64,000 nucleotides of DNA from an uncultured Acidobacteriota bacterium (GTDB taxonomy: Bacteria; Acidobacteriota; Vicinamibacteria; Vicinamibacterales; CAVVIG01): NCBI GenBank assembly GCA_963748265.1, contig CAVVIG010000007.1, positions 63,229-127,228 on the forward strand. Direction: 5' to 3'. This document shows, one piece after another, positions 1 to 10,397 of the stretch (position 1 is the first letter of the stretch; each line of letters starts with the position of its first letter). A program made the position numbers and the translations under genes. The notes beneath the pieces are model-generated. The model did not search any database, was not told the DNA's origin, and saw only the letters and a program-made list of their open reading frames with translations.

Positions 1-600
1 TGGGCCGGCGGTCCGGAACAGGGCGGCGTTCGGAATCACCTCATCCGACATCTTCCTCGGCACGTCGCCCCACGGCGTCCGCCCGGTCTTCGGTAGATTC
101 GGATCGCGCGGCGAACCGTACACGTCCAGATGATCGCCCGGCATGATCTCGCGCTCGGCGAGATCCGCGATGCTCACGACGGCACCGAACCCGGTATACG
201 CAAACCGCTCGAGATGATCGATGAGGTTCTCACGGGTGAAGTTCGCCTTCGACGTCGTGCCTTCGACGACGTTCTCGAAGCCGAGGTGCCCGTGCAGATC
301 CACCTTGGTCGGCATCACCGATTTCCCGGTCAGGTCGACGCGAGTCGCCCCGTCCGGCACGGCGACTTCACCCCGGCGGCCCACGGCCATGAATTTGTCG
401 TCCTCGACAACGAAGACCGCATCCTCGATGACGGTCCCGTCGCCAGGAATGAGCCGCGCCCCTTCGAAGACGGTGACCCGCGAGTTTGCCGTCTGGGTCG
501 AGTTTGCCGTCTGGGTGTTGACGGGGCCCGAGCAGGCCGCTGCCACGAACACACAGGCGAAGATGAGTTGGTCGCCTACTCCCCTCCGCGTTCGGCGCAT
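1..600 (-). CDS. Amidohydrolase-family lipoprotein (5' part; runs off window start)
   Basis: Manual translation from ATG at 600 (GGAGGAGG RBS): MRRTRRG...VAAAC lipobox, VFEGARLIPGDG, RVDLTGKSVMPTKVDLHGHLG (metal-binding HxH). Frame stays open to position 1. Confidence 0.8.
   Translation of the reverse strand, partial: MRRTRRGVGDQLIFACVFVAAACSGPVNTQTANSTQTANSRVTVFEGARLIPGDGTVIEDAVFVVEDDKFMAVGRRGEVAVPDGATRVDLTGKSVMPTKVDLHGHLGFENVVEGTTSKANFTRENLIDHLERFAYTGFGAVVSIADLAEREIMPGDHLDVYGSPRDPNLPKTGRTPWGDVPRKMSDEVIPNAALFRTAGP
481..516. repeat. Perfect 18-bp tandem duplication (in-frame TQTANS x2)
   Basis: CGAGTTTGCCGTCTGGGT occurs twice in tandem, in the linker after the lipobox. Confidence 0.9.
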
Positions 601-1070
601 GAGACCTCCTCCGAGACAAACAGACAGTTGCCTGATGCAGAGTCAGATCGCACCACTTGATCGCAATCGCACGATTCCAGGCGGAACAAGTGCGAGTCGA
701 CGAGGACGCCGGTTCCTTCAGGGGCCGTGCTGATACGACGGAACAGTTCCTGGCGCGGAGGCTCAACCGCCTGCTGCAGACGACTCGGATTAAATTCTGA
801 TGCGTCAGCGGTGTAGCTCGCCGCCGCGGCGCTCACTGCGGATGGTGCCGGAGAGAATTCGTGAACGAGGCCATCGAGAGACGCGTTTACCCTGCGGGGC
901 GCCAACGACTGGTGTGCCTTAACCACTCGGTAGCGTGGCGCGCGCCAGACAATTCGCCGCGTTCTGACAAGAGCGCTCGGCACAAGGCGATGACCTCACT
1001 GGCATCGGCGCTTGGCGAATTCGCAATCATCGGGGGGCCTCGTGCCCCGACCACCGCGATGTGGTCATCG

Positions 1071-1100
1071 AGTATACAATTCGGGCGAGAGTGTATACCA
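1071..1100 (+). promoter_or_regulatory. Putative GntR/FadR-type operator pair
   Basis: Two GTATAC palindromes (1072-1077, 1093-1098), 21 bp apart, just upstream of the gntR ATG at 1111. They match the GT-N-AC style of FadR-subfamily sites. Confidence 0.55.
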
Positions 1101-1110
1101 AGCGCGAGGC

Positions 1111-1818
1111 ATGGACAACTTCAACGGGTGCGAAACAGTGTTCGGAGACTCAGCGTCGATACGCCTCCCTACTCGATCGGCCGAACTGCGCGACAAAATC
1201 GAAGAGGAAATCGCCTTAGGTGCTTTCGCTCCAGGTGCTCGTCTCGATGAATCGGAACTCGCGGGCAGGTTCGGCGTGTCGCGAACGCCTATTCGGGAAG
1301 CCCTGATTCAGCTCGCTTCGATGGGCATCGTCGACATCCGGCCCCGGCGGGGCGCTGTGATTCCGCAATTGTCTCCCCATCGGCTGCTCGAGATGTTCGA
1401 GGTCATGGCGGAACTGGAAGCGATGTGCGGCCGGCTGGCATCGCGGCGGATGTCGGAGGAGGACCACTGCAGGCTTGTGGAAACGCATCGCGAGTGTTCT
1501 GCTGCCTTCCGCAGCGGAGACGGGGATGCCTATTACTTCAAGAACGAACGGTTCCACCATGTGATCTACGCTGGCAGCCACAATTCGTTTCTCGCCGAGC
1601 AGGCCTGGACCCTCCATCGCCGCCTTCGTCCACAACGTCGCCTCCAGCTTCGAACGCGCGACCGTGTGGCGCGCTCCTTTGATGAGCACGAAATCATTGT
1701 CCAGTCGATATTGGCCGGGGACGCCGATCGGGCGGCTGAACTCCTCCGCAAGCACGTAGTCATCCAGGGCGAGCGGTTTGCGGATCTGATGGCGCTCCTG
1801 CCTCGGCTTGAAGGCTAG
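1111..1818 (+). CDS. GntR-family (FadR/FCD) transcriptional regulator
   Basis: wHTH 'PGARLDESELAGRFGVSRTPIREAL' plus FCD domain 'NERFHHVIY...EHEIIV...HV'. ATG 1111 preferred over TTG 1012. Confidence 0.92.
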   Translation: MDNFNGCETVFGDSASIRLPTRSAELRDKIEEEIALGAFAPGARLDESELAGRFGVSRTPIREALIQLASMGIVDIRPRRGAVIPQLSPHRLLEMFEVMAELEAMCGRLASRRMSEEDHCRLVETHRECSAAFRSGDGDAYYFKNERFHHVIYAGSHNSFLAEQAWTLHRRLRPQRRLQLRTRDRVARSFDEHEIIVQSILAGDADRAAELLRKHVVIQGERFADLMALLPRLEG

Positions 1819-2009
1819 TTGTCTTTGCGAAACACGTTGTTCATCCGTGAGCGCGCGCACCCAGCCGCCGATGATGGAGACGGAGGTGGAGGTGGAGGTG
1901 CCGGGATGTTCACGCACACCTTCCGCCGGACGCCGACGGGTCGTTCCCGTACGTCGACGCGACACGCGCGAACCGGTTCGGCGTGCAGGTGTAGTGGAAC
2001 TACTGACGA

Positions 2010-2036
2010 GGGCCGGTCTAAAGACCGGCCCCTACA
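2010..2036 (-). repeat. GTAG-family REP palindrome
   Basis: Minus strand reads TGTAGGGGCCGGTCTTTAGACCGGCCC. A half copy (GACCGGCCCCTACA) at ~2049-2062 overlaps the hydratase stop codon. Confidence 0.75.
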
Positions 2037-2057
2037 CTCTCCGAGACCGACCGGCCC

Positions 2058-2873
2058 CTACAGGAGCTTCACGGTGAGCGGGGGCAGGTCGAGACCCACT
2101 GCAGTGGCCGTCCAGGTCTCTCCCGCATGAATGAACTGCGGGTCGGTCAGCGACCCCGTCGTGATCATGTCGCCGGCGACCAGCCGCTCCGCACCGGCCT
2201 GCCGCGCCATCGCGACCGACAGTTCCGCGAGGCACAGCGCGGGGCTCTTCAAGACGTTCTTCCCTGAACCCTCCTGGACCAGGTCGCCGTTCTTCGCCAG
2301 GCGCAGCGCGAATGTCGGCAGCGCCTCCACGAGGGCTGGAATCTGCCCCGCAGCGACAGGCTGCGGAGTCCCGACAATGAGCCCGACGTGGAAGCCGAGC
2401 GCGGCAACGAAGTCCACGGGCTGGAACTTCCAGTCCGGATACGGGCAGTCCACGATCTCGAAGCCGAGCGCGAGCCACTCGACATCCGCGAGTGCCGCCG
2501 CGGCATCGTCGCCATGTTCCCCGAGCGGACTCTTGAGCCCGAACACAATCTCGGGCTCGATCTTCGGTGCACGCGCCCGTCCGAGCGGCAGCGATGCGCT
2601 CCCGTCACGCGCCATGTGCACCGTGTCGTCGTACATCGGCGCCCAGACGAGCGTGTCGAGCTTGAGCACCTTCCAGACGGCCCTGTTCGCGAAGCCGACC
2701 TTGACGCCGCGTGTCGTGTGTCCCTGCGCCCGGCGCATGCGCGCGCCTTCCGCTTGTGCACGGTAGGCCGCGTTGAGATCGAGGGTCGAGTCTCCGGCCG
2801 ACGGTGGCGACAGCATCTCGCCCTTCGCGTTGGCCGCGAGCACCTGTTCGGCGAAGCGGGTGGTGTCGATCAT
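2058..2873 (-). CDS. 2-keto-4-pentenoate hydratase / FAH-superfamily protein
   Basis: GVKVGF, PKIEPEIVF, FEIVD and GDMITTGSLT motifs. Start overlaps the oxlT stop. Confidence 0.88.
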   Translation of the reverse strand: MIDTTRFAEQVLAANAKGEMLSPPSAGDSTLDLNAAYRAQAEGARMRRAQGHTTRGVKVGFANRAVWKVLKLDTLVWAPMYDDTVHMARDGSASLPLGRARAPKIEPEIVFGLKSPLGEHGDDAAAALADVEWLALGFEIVDCPYPDWKFQPVDFVAALGFHVGLIVGTPQPVAAGQIPALVEALPTFALRLAKNGDLVQEGSGKNVLKSPALCLAELSVAMARQAGAERLVAGDMITTGSLTDPQFIHAGETWTATAVGLDLPPLTVKLL

Positions 2874-4108
2874 TTCGCGGTCACCGGAATGCCGAGAGCC
2901 GCCGTCGCCGGCTGCCTGGACGCCTTGAGCCCCAGCGCGATCCCCGCGGCAATGAGTGCCATCAGCGCGCTGCCGTAGAAGCCGACCGACCAGCTCCCGA
3001 ACCGTTCGAACAGGAGCGCGCCCACCCAGCCGCCGATGATGGAGGCAACCCCCTTCGCGGTGTAGAGGACCGCGTAGTTGGATGTCGCGTGCCGCGATCC
3101 GAAGTAGTCGGCCGCTGTCGCCGGGAACAGCGAGTAGATTTCACCCCACGTGAAGTAGACCGCCACGAGCACCGCGGCGAACCACGCGCCCGACAGCTGC
3201 CCGAGCGGTACGACCAGGAACAGGCAGATGGCTTGGAGCACGAAGGCGATCACCATCCCGTTCTCGCGCCCGATCTTGTCCGAGGCCCACCCCCAGAAGA
3301 CCCGGCTTGCGCCGTTGGCCAGCGGGCTCAGCGTCGCGGCCATCGTCAACACCGCGGCCGGGTAGCCCCACGATGAAGAAATCGGCCCGGCGTTCGCAGT
3401 GACGAGCAGGCCGCCGGTCGCCATCAGGACGAACGCGACATACATCGCGTAGAACTGCGGCGTCCGCAGCATCTCCATTGTCGTGAAGTGCCGCTTCCCC
3501 ACCTGCGACGCGGCCGTCGCCGTGGTCGCCGCGGGCTTCGCGGGCTCCGGTGGCGGGTGACGGAGGAACTGCGCCACCACCAGGATCACAACCCCCTGCA
3601 GCACGCCGGTCGCGACGAACGCGGCGGCGTACCCGCGGTTCGCGATGATCGACGAGATCATCGGAATGAAGAGCGCCGTGCCGCCGCCGAAGCCTGCGGC
3701 CATGATCCCCGAGGCGAGGCCGCGGCGGTCCTTGAACCACTTCAGCGCCGACCCGATCGACCCGCTGTAGACGAACGCGGCGCCGGTCCCGGCCACGCAG
3801 TAGAGGACGTAGAGCATCGGCAGCGACGTGGCGTAGCCCATTCCCGCCCACCCGAGGCCGCACAGCAGGCCGGCCGCGCTGATGAAACCGCGTGGCCCGA
3901 GGCGGTCGATGAGCCAGCCATCGAGCGGCTGGACCCACGTCTGGAACAGGATGAACAGCGTGAACGCGAACTGGATGTCGGAGAGCCTCCACTGCGTGCT
4001 CGCCTGCAGTGGCCTGACGAAGAGCGTCCAGGCGTATTGCAGGTTCGCGATCATGATCATCGCGATCAGAGATGCCACGAGCTGGAACCAGCGGTTGTTC
4101 ACGTTCAT
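2870..4108 (-). CDS. oxlT: Oxalate/formate antiporter (OFA-family MFS)
   Basis: MIMIANLQYAWTLF, KWFKDRRGLASG and SNYAVLYTAKGVAS motifs of OxlT; about 12 hydrophobic segments. Confidence 0.9.
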   Translation of the reverse strand: MNVNNRWFQLVASLIAMIMIANLQYAWTLFVRPLQASTQWRLSDIQFAFTLFILFQTWVQPLDGWLIDRLGPRGFISAAGLLCGLGWAGMGYATSLPMLYVLYCVAGTGAAFVYSGSIGSALKWFKDRRGLASGIMAAGFGGGTALFIPMISSIIANRGYAAAFVATGVLQGVVILVVAQFLRHPPPEPAKPAATTATAASQVGKRHFTTMEMLRTPQFYAMYVAFVLMATGGLLVTANAGPISSSWGYPAAVLTMAATLSPLANGASRVFWGWASDKIGRENGMVIAFVLQAICLFLVVPLGQLSGAWFAAVLVAVYFTWGEIYSLFPATAADYFGSRHATSNYAVLYTAKGVASIIGGWVGALLFERFGSWSVGFYGSALMALIAAGIALGLKASRQPATAALGIPVTAK

Positions 4109-5084
4109 TGATCCCTCCGCTGCCTGATTTCATCGAGCAGCTTCGTGCACGCGTAGACCGCGCGCGTCGCGGGCATCGGCACCGCAAGCCGTTCGCCCAG
4201 TTCGACTACCGCACCGACGATCGCTTCGATCTCCATCGGACGTCCTGCCTCGTAGTCCTGCAGCATCGACGTCTTGTGCGCGCCCACCTTCTCGGCACCG
4301 GCGATGCGCTGGTCGATCGAGACCGGCAGCCGGATGCCGAGCTTCTGCGCAACCGCTTCCGTTTCCGTCATCACCTCGCGCACCACCTTCGACACCTCGG
4401 GGTGGCGCACCATCTCTTCGAGCGTCGCGCGGGTCATGGCGCTGATCGGGTTGAAGACCACGTTCCCCAGCAGCTTCACCCAGATCTCGGTCCTGATCCG
4501 CGGTGTCACCGGGCAGCGCAACCCGGCCGCGACGAGCGCCGACGCGATCGCCGCGCTGCGCTCCGACTTGGTCCCGTCCGGCTCGCCGAGCGCCAACCGG
4601 TTCCCCTCCGTGTGACGGATGACGCCGGGCTCGACGATCTCCGTCGCGAAGTACGCCAGCGAACCGATGACGCGCGCCGGGTCGATCGCCGAGGCGATCG
4701 CGCCGCCGGGATCCACCCGCTCGAGCCGCAACCCCTCGAGCTCGCCGCCGTGGCGCTGGAAGTACCACCACGGGATGCCGTTCTGCGTGCTGATGACCGC
4801 CGTCTCCGGCCCTAGCAGCGGGCCGAGCTGCGGCGCCAGCGACGTGAGGCTGTGCGCCTTGACGCCGAGCACCACGACGTCGGCCGGGCCGATCGCGGCC
4901 AGATCGCCGCACACCGTCGGCCGCACCTCGAAATCCCCCTCAGCGCTCAAGATCGTCAAGCCGCGGGACCGCATCGCTTCGAGATGCTGCCCCCGCGCGA
5001 ACAGCACGACATCTGCGCCCTTGCGAGCGAGCTTCGCGCCGATGTACCCGCCGATCGCCCCGGCACCCGCGATGACGATGCGCA

Positions 5085-5085
<1 letters not shown>
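4105..5085 (-). CDS. Ketopantoate-reductase-like protein (PanE2 / oxalyl-CoA reductase type)
   Basis: MRIVIAGAGAIGG Rossmann start, QNGIPWWYF, IWVKLLGN, HKTSMLQD. ATG at 5085 overlaps the upstream TGA. Confidence 0.88.
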
Positions 5086-6621
<1,536 letters not shown>

Positions 6622-6654
6622 ACTGTGGCTCACGGACGTCTGGGCGTCAACCGA

Positions 6655-6922
6655 TCAGGGATCGGGATCCGGGATCAGGGATCAGCGAGGCTCCGCCGTG
6701 GAGATGGCCGCGTCCGCTGGAGCGCAGACCGGCCGCTCGATCAGGTGCGTGTGAGCCGGCAAGCGGAAGTGGATGGGGCCGGCGATACCGGTCAGGGATC
6801 GGGGACCAGGGATCAGGGATCAGCACGGCTGCGCTGTGGAGACGGCCGCGTCCGCTGGAGCGCAGACCGGCCGTTCGATCGGGTGCCTGCGAGCCGGCAA
6901 GCGGAAGCGGATGTGGCCGGCG
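6655..6922. repeat. Tandem ~138-bp degenerate duplication, each copy headed by GGGATCA heptamers
   Basis: 6655-6784 and 6792-6922 share GGCCGCGTCCGCTGGAGCGCAGACCGGCCG and GAGCCGGCAAGCGGAAG blocks. Confidence 0.85.
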
Positions 6923-7723
6923 TCAGTGCGTGAGCCCGTAGATCATGTAGTTCACGCCGAGCTTGTACGCCTCGTTCGTATTCGAGAACGGGAACAGCCC
7001 GCGCCCGGACCACTCCCAGTACTCCGGCACGTCGTTGTCGAAGTTTGCGACGACCATCAGCCGCTTCGACGGATCGTTGTCCTCGTAGATCCCCAGGTAG
7101 GTCGGACGCTGGCCCGACATCGGGTGGACGATCGCATCGATGTCGGCGATGGCGAAGAACGAATCGAAGATGCGCGTCGAGTCCTCCAGCTGCACGAAGC
7201 GGCCGCTCGGCAGCACGCGCCGCATCTGCTCCTCGAAGTGCGCCCACTGGCCGGGTCCGTCGAAGTCCTCGAACACGGCGAAGCCGCCCTTCAGCAGGTA
7301 GGCGCGGAACGACTCGGCTTCCGTGTCGGTGAGCTCCCAGAACCCCGGCTCCCACATGAAGGCGATCGGATATTTCATCAGCTCGGGATCGTCGAGCGTG
7401 AGCACGCGGCTGCCGTCCTCACGGATGTCGATGAGCGTGAGCTCGCGGAGGATCTGCGAGAGGTTCTGCTCGGCGCGCGGGTAGTCGTGATCCCAGGCGC
7501 TGTTCCAGTAGCGGCGCCCGCCGCTGCCGCGTTGCCAGCGGAGGCGGACAAATGTGATGCGGCCGTCGTACTCGACGTCAGGGCTGTATCCGCTTCCGGG
7601 AAGATCCATCCCGCCGCGAAACCCCTGGTACGCAGCGACGGCCGGACCTGCGTGCGGCGGCGGTGTCGCCACAGCTGCGGTCACGATCGCGACGAGTCCG
7701 AGGAGCCGGAGCGCCCGACGCAC
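6923..7723 (-). CDS. Secreted DUF4159-family protein
   Basis: Signal peptide; WDHDYPRAEQNL, LTLDDPELMKYP, RAYLLKGGF, AYKLGVNY. Confidence 0.8.
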   Translation of the reverse strand: MRRALRLLGLVAIVTAAVATPPPHAGPAVAAYQGFRGGMDLPGSGYSPDVEYDGRITFVRLRWQRGSGGRRYWNSAWDHDYPRAEQNLSQILRELTLIDIREDGSRVLTLDDPELMKYPIAFMWEPGFWELTDTEAESFRAYLLKGGFAVFEDFDGPGQWAHFEEQMRRVLPSGRFVQLEDSTRIFDSFFAIADIDAIVHPMSGQRPTYLGIYEDNDPSKRLMVVANFDNDVPEYWEWSGRGLFPFSNTNEAYKLGVNYMIYGLTH

Positions 7724-7973
7724 GGGGCATTATCGCGCAGGCGGGCACGTCAGGAGGGTCGGGACGTTCCGGGAAGAGTCGGGACGGATGAGGCCGCCTG
7801 GTGCTCCAGCCGTGGAGTTTGCCCGGCCGGCCTTCCCGACCCGGAGCCTTGCTGGCCTTCCCACCGGCCACCCGCCCGGGTCGGCCCTTTGAGCTTGAAC
7901 GCTCCGCGACGCTCAAGTACAGTGCGACGGCCACTTTACCCCGTAGCTCAGCACCTGTCGGAGGCTGCAGTTC

Positions 7974-9056
7974 ATGAAGCGTTTCACCATACCCGCTCTC
8001 GTCGCCATCGCCGGCGCGCTTGCGCTCACGATGGCGCCGGTGCAGGCGCAGAATCGCGCCAAGGCGACCAACGTCTCGGTCATCCCGCACGAGGCAGTGC
8101 CCAACTTCTTCAAGAATCCTCCCGGCATCTACACCGGGGAGAACATGGGCATCTCGACGGACTCGAAGGGGAACATCTACATCTATCACCGCGCGAACGA
8201 GACGCGGCTGTTCCAGTACAACCCGCAGGGCACGTGGGTGAAGGAGTTCGGCCGGAACAACTACGGCTTCGCCTTCGCGCACTCGGTCCGCGTCGACTCC
8301 CAGGACAACATCTGGGCGGTCGATGAAGGGACCGACATGCTCGTGAAGTTCAACCAGGAAGGCAAAGTCATCATGACCGTCGGCCGCCGCGAGGATCCGG
8401 TGGCGATGCTCGGCGGCATGCCTGGCCAGGGTGTCTTCCACGGCCGCAACGAGAACTACCGCTTCGGCCGCCAGACCGACATTGCGTGGGACCAGCAGGG
8501 CAACATCTTCGTGTCCGACGGCTACTTCGATGGCCGCGTCGTGAAGTTCGACAAGAACGGCAAGTTCGTCAAGGCGGTCGGCAAGCGCGGGCCGGGCAAC
8601 CTCGAATTCAACACCCCGCACTCCATCGCCACCGATTTCCAGGGCAACGTCTACGTCGGCGACCGCGGCAACCAGCGCGTGCAGGTCCTCGACAACGATC
8701 TGAACTGGAAGGCGAACTTCGACCAGGTCGGCAACCCGTGGGCGGTCTGCGTCTCAGGCGGCCCCGGTCCGAAGGATCCGGGCAAGCAGTACCTGTATGT
8801 CTCGAACTCGTGGCCCGACAGCGCCCCCGCGGCGGCGACGGAGTTCACCGGCGAGGTGTACAAGCTCGAACTGAACGGGACGATCGTCGGCAAGTTCGGC
8901 AAGGGCGGCAAGGCTCCCGGTGAGTTCTCGACGATTCACCAGATGGACTGCCGCGATCCGAACACCATTTACACGGCGGAGATCAACAACTGGCGGTCGC
9001 AGAAGATCCTGCTCAAGCCGCAGTCCGCTCCCAATCGCACCAGCGCGCAGCAGTAG
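7974..9056 (+). CDS. Secreted NHL beta-propeller, peptidyl-alpha-hydroxyglycine alpha-amidating lyase (PAL)-like, catalytic motifs intact
   Basis: Signal peptide and NHL repeats; YHR, FAHSV, SDGYFDGR, TPHSI, GDRGNQR, TIHQM. Confidence 0.85.
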   Translation: MKRFTIPALVAIAGALALTMAPVQAQNRAKATNVSVIPHEAVPNFFKNPPGIYTGENMGISTDSKGNIYIYHRANETRLFQYNPQGTWVKEFGRNNYGFAFAHSVRVDSQDNIWAVDEGTDMLVKFNQEGKVIMTVGRREDPVAMLGGMPGQGVFHGRNENYRFGRQTDIAWDQQGNIFVSDGYFDGRVVKFDKNGKFVKAVGKRGPGNLEFNTPHSIATDFQGNVYVGDRGNQRVQVLDNDLNWKANFDQVGNPWAVCVSGGPGPKDPGKQYLYVSNSWPDSAPAAATEFTGEVYKLELNGTIVGKFGKGGKAPGEFSTIHQMDCRDPNTIYTAEINNWRSQKILLKPQSAPNRTSAQQ

Positions 9057-9065
9057 GAGGCGGAC

Positions 9066-10223
9066 ATGAATCGCACACTTAAGGGTCTGGTAGCTGCAGG
9101 TGTCCTCGCGTTCGGCGGATCGTTGGCGGCGCAGTCGGGCGCGCCCGACATCGCGTTCGACAGCGTCGACCTGCTGAAGACGACGGACAAGGAACAGAAG
9201 GAAGGGATTGTCGTCGGTGAAGTGGGCGGAGTCGGCCGCGATTCGCGCGGCCGGGTGTTCGTCTACACGCGCACCGGCCATCCCTACGCCACGCTGGGCG
9301 ACAACCGCACGTTCTATCGCAACGGCTCGAAGCTGCTGCAGTTCGACGCAAACGGCCAGTTCGTGCGCGAGCTCGGACAGGACGTCTACGGCTTCAACGC
9401 CGCGTGGGGCCTGCGCGTCGATGCCCAGGACAACGTGTGGACGATCGACCAGGGCGCGAACCAGGTCGTGAAGTTCGACTCTGAAGGGCGCGTCGCGCTC
9501 GTGCTCGGACGCAAGCCCGAGGCGATCGCCGTGCGCCAGGGTCCGCCCCCGGGCGCGCCTCCTGCAGCAGCGGGCGGCGGCGGTGGCGGGCGCGGCGGTC
9601 CGGGTGCTCCCGGTGGTGGTGGCGGCGGACGCGGCGGCGGCGAGGGTGCCGCGGCACCGGCGCCTGGCTCCGGCACGCCCGGTTCGACGTTCAACCGTCC
9701 GTCTGACGTGGCCTTCGACAGCGCCGGCAACATCTACATCGCCGACGGCATGAACGGGAACGTCAACCGCGTCGCGAAGTTCAACAAGGAAGGGAACTTC
9801 GTGAAGCAGTGGGGCTCGACCGGCGCGGGCGACGGTCAGTTCAGCGGGCTGAAGGCGATCGCGGTGGACAAGCAGGGCAACGTCTACGTCGCCGACGCCG
9901 GCAACAAGCGCATCCAGGTGTTCGACGGCGACGGCAACTTCAAGTCGCAGTTCGCGAACGTCGGCAACCCGATCGCGATGTGCATGACGACCGGCGCCAC
10001 GCAGTACCTCTACATCTCGCACTCGGGCGACGCCGACGGGATGGTGGATGCCGCGATTTACAAGGTCTCGCTGGACGGCAAGATCGTCGGCAAGTTCGGA
10101 GCGGCCGGCAAGGGGCTGAAGCAGTTCGGCCTCGCGAACTCGATCGACTGCCGCAACGAAAACGAGCTGCTGGTCGGCGAGCTGACCAACTGGCGCGTGC
10201 AGAAGGTCTCGCTGAAGAAGTAG
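9066..10223 (+). CDS. Secreted NHL beta-propeller, PAL-like paralog lacking Zn/catalytic residues
   Basis: Colinear with the upstream paralog, but the equivalent positions read AAWGL, DGMNG, GLKAI, DAGNKR, LANSI. Contains a Gly/Pro-rich insert. Confidence 0.82.
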   Translation: MNRTLKGLVAAGVLAFGGSLAAQSGAPDIAFDSVDLLKTTDKEQKEGIVVGEVGGVGRDSRGRVFVYTRTGHPYATLGDNRTFYRNGSKLLQFDANGQFVRELGQDVYGFNAAWGLRVDAQDNVWTIDQGANQVVKFDSEGRVALVLGRKPEAIAVRQGPPPGAPPAAAGGGGGGRGGPGAPGGGGGGRGGGEGAAAPAPGSGTPGSTFNRPSDVAFDSAGNIYIADGMNGNVNRVAKFNKEGNFVKQWGSTGAGDGQFSGLKAIAVDKQGNVYVADAGNKRIQVFDGDGNFKSQFANVGNPIAMCMTTGATQYLYISHSGDADGMVDAAIYKVSLDGKIVGKFGAAGKGLKQFGLANSIDCRNENELLVGELTNWRVQKVSLKK

Positions 10224-10238
10224 CGCTCCCGCATCCTC

Positions 10239-10274
10239 TCCTTCCGGAGCACCCGCTGGGGTGCTCCGGAAGGA
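10239..10274 (+). other. Perfect 16-bp intergenic stem-loop without U-tract
   Basis: TCCTTCCGGAGCACCC-GCTG-GGGTGCTCCGGAAGGA. Confidence 0.7.
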
Positions 10275-10397
10275 TCGTTCCGCCCTCGCATCCGTCCGCG
10301 CACGCCGAACCTTTTCGTTCCTCGCCTCGTCAAATCGCCCGAACCCTCAGCCGGAAGGGCGGAGTCGGCATCTCCAGCCCTGCTATGATTTCCCGAT

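Noticed and set aside
601..1070. Gene or structured RNA in the long amidohydrolase-gntR gap
   Set aside because: The short ORFs have no motifs and I could not recognise an RNA family; it may be decayed sequence.
6655..6922. CRISPR array
   Set aside because: Only two units, the would-be spacers are homologous to each other, and there are no cas genes.
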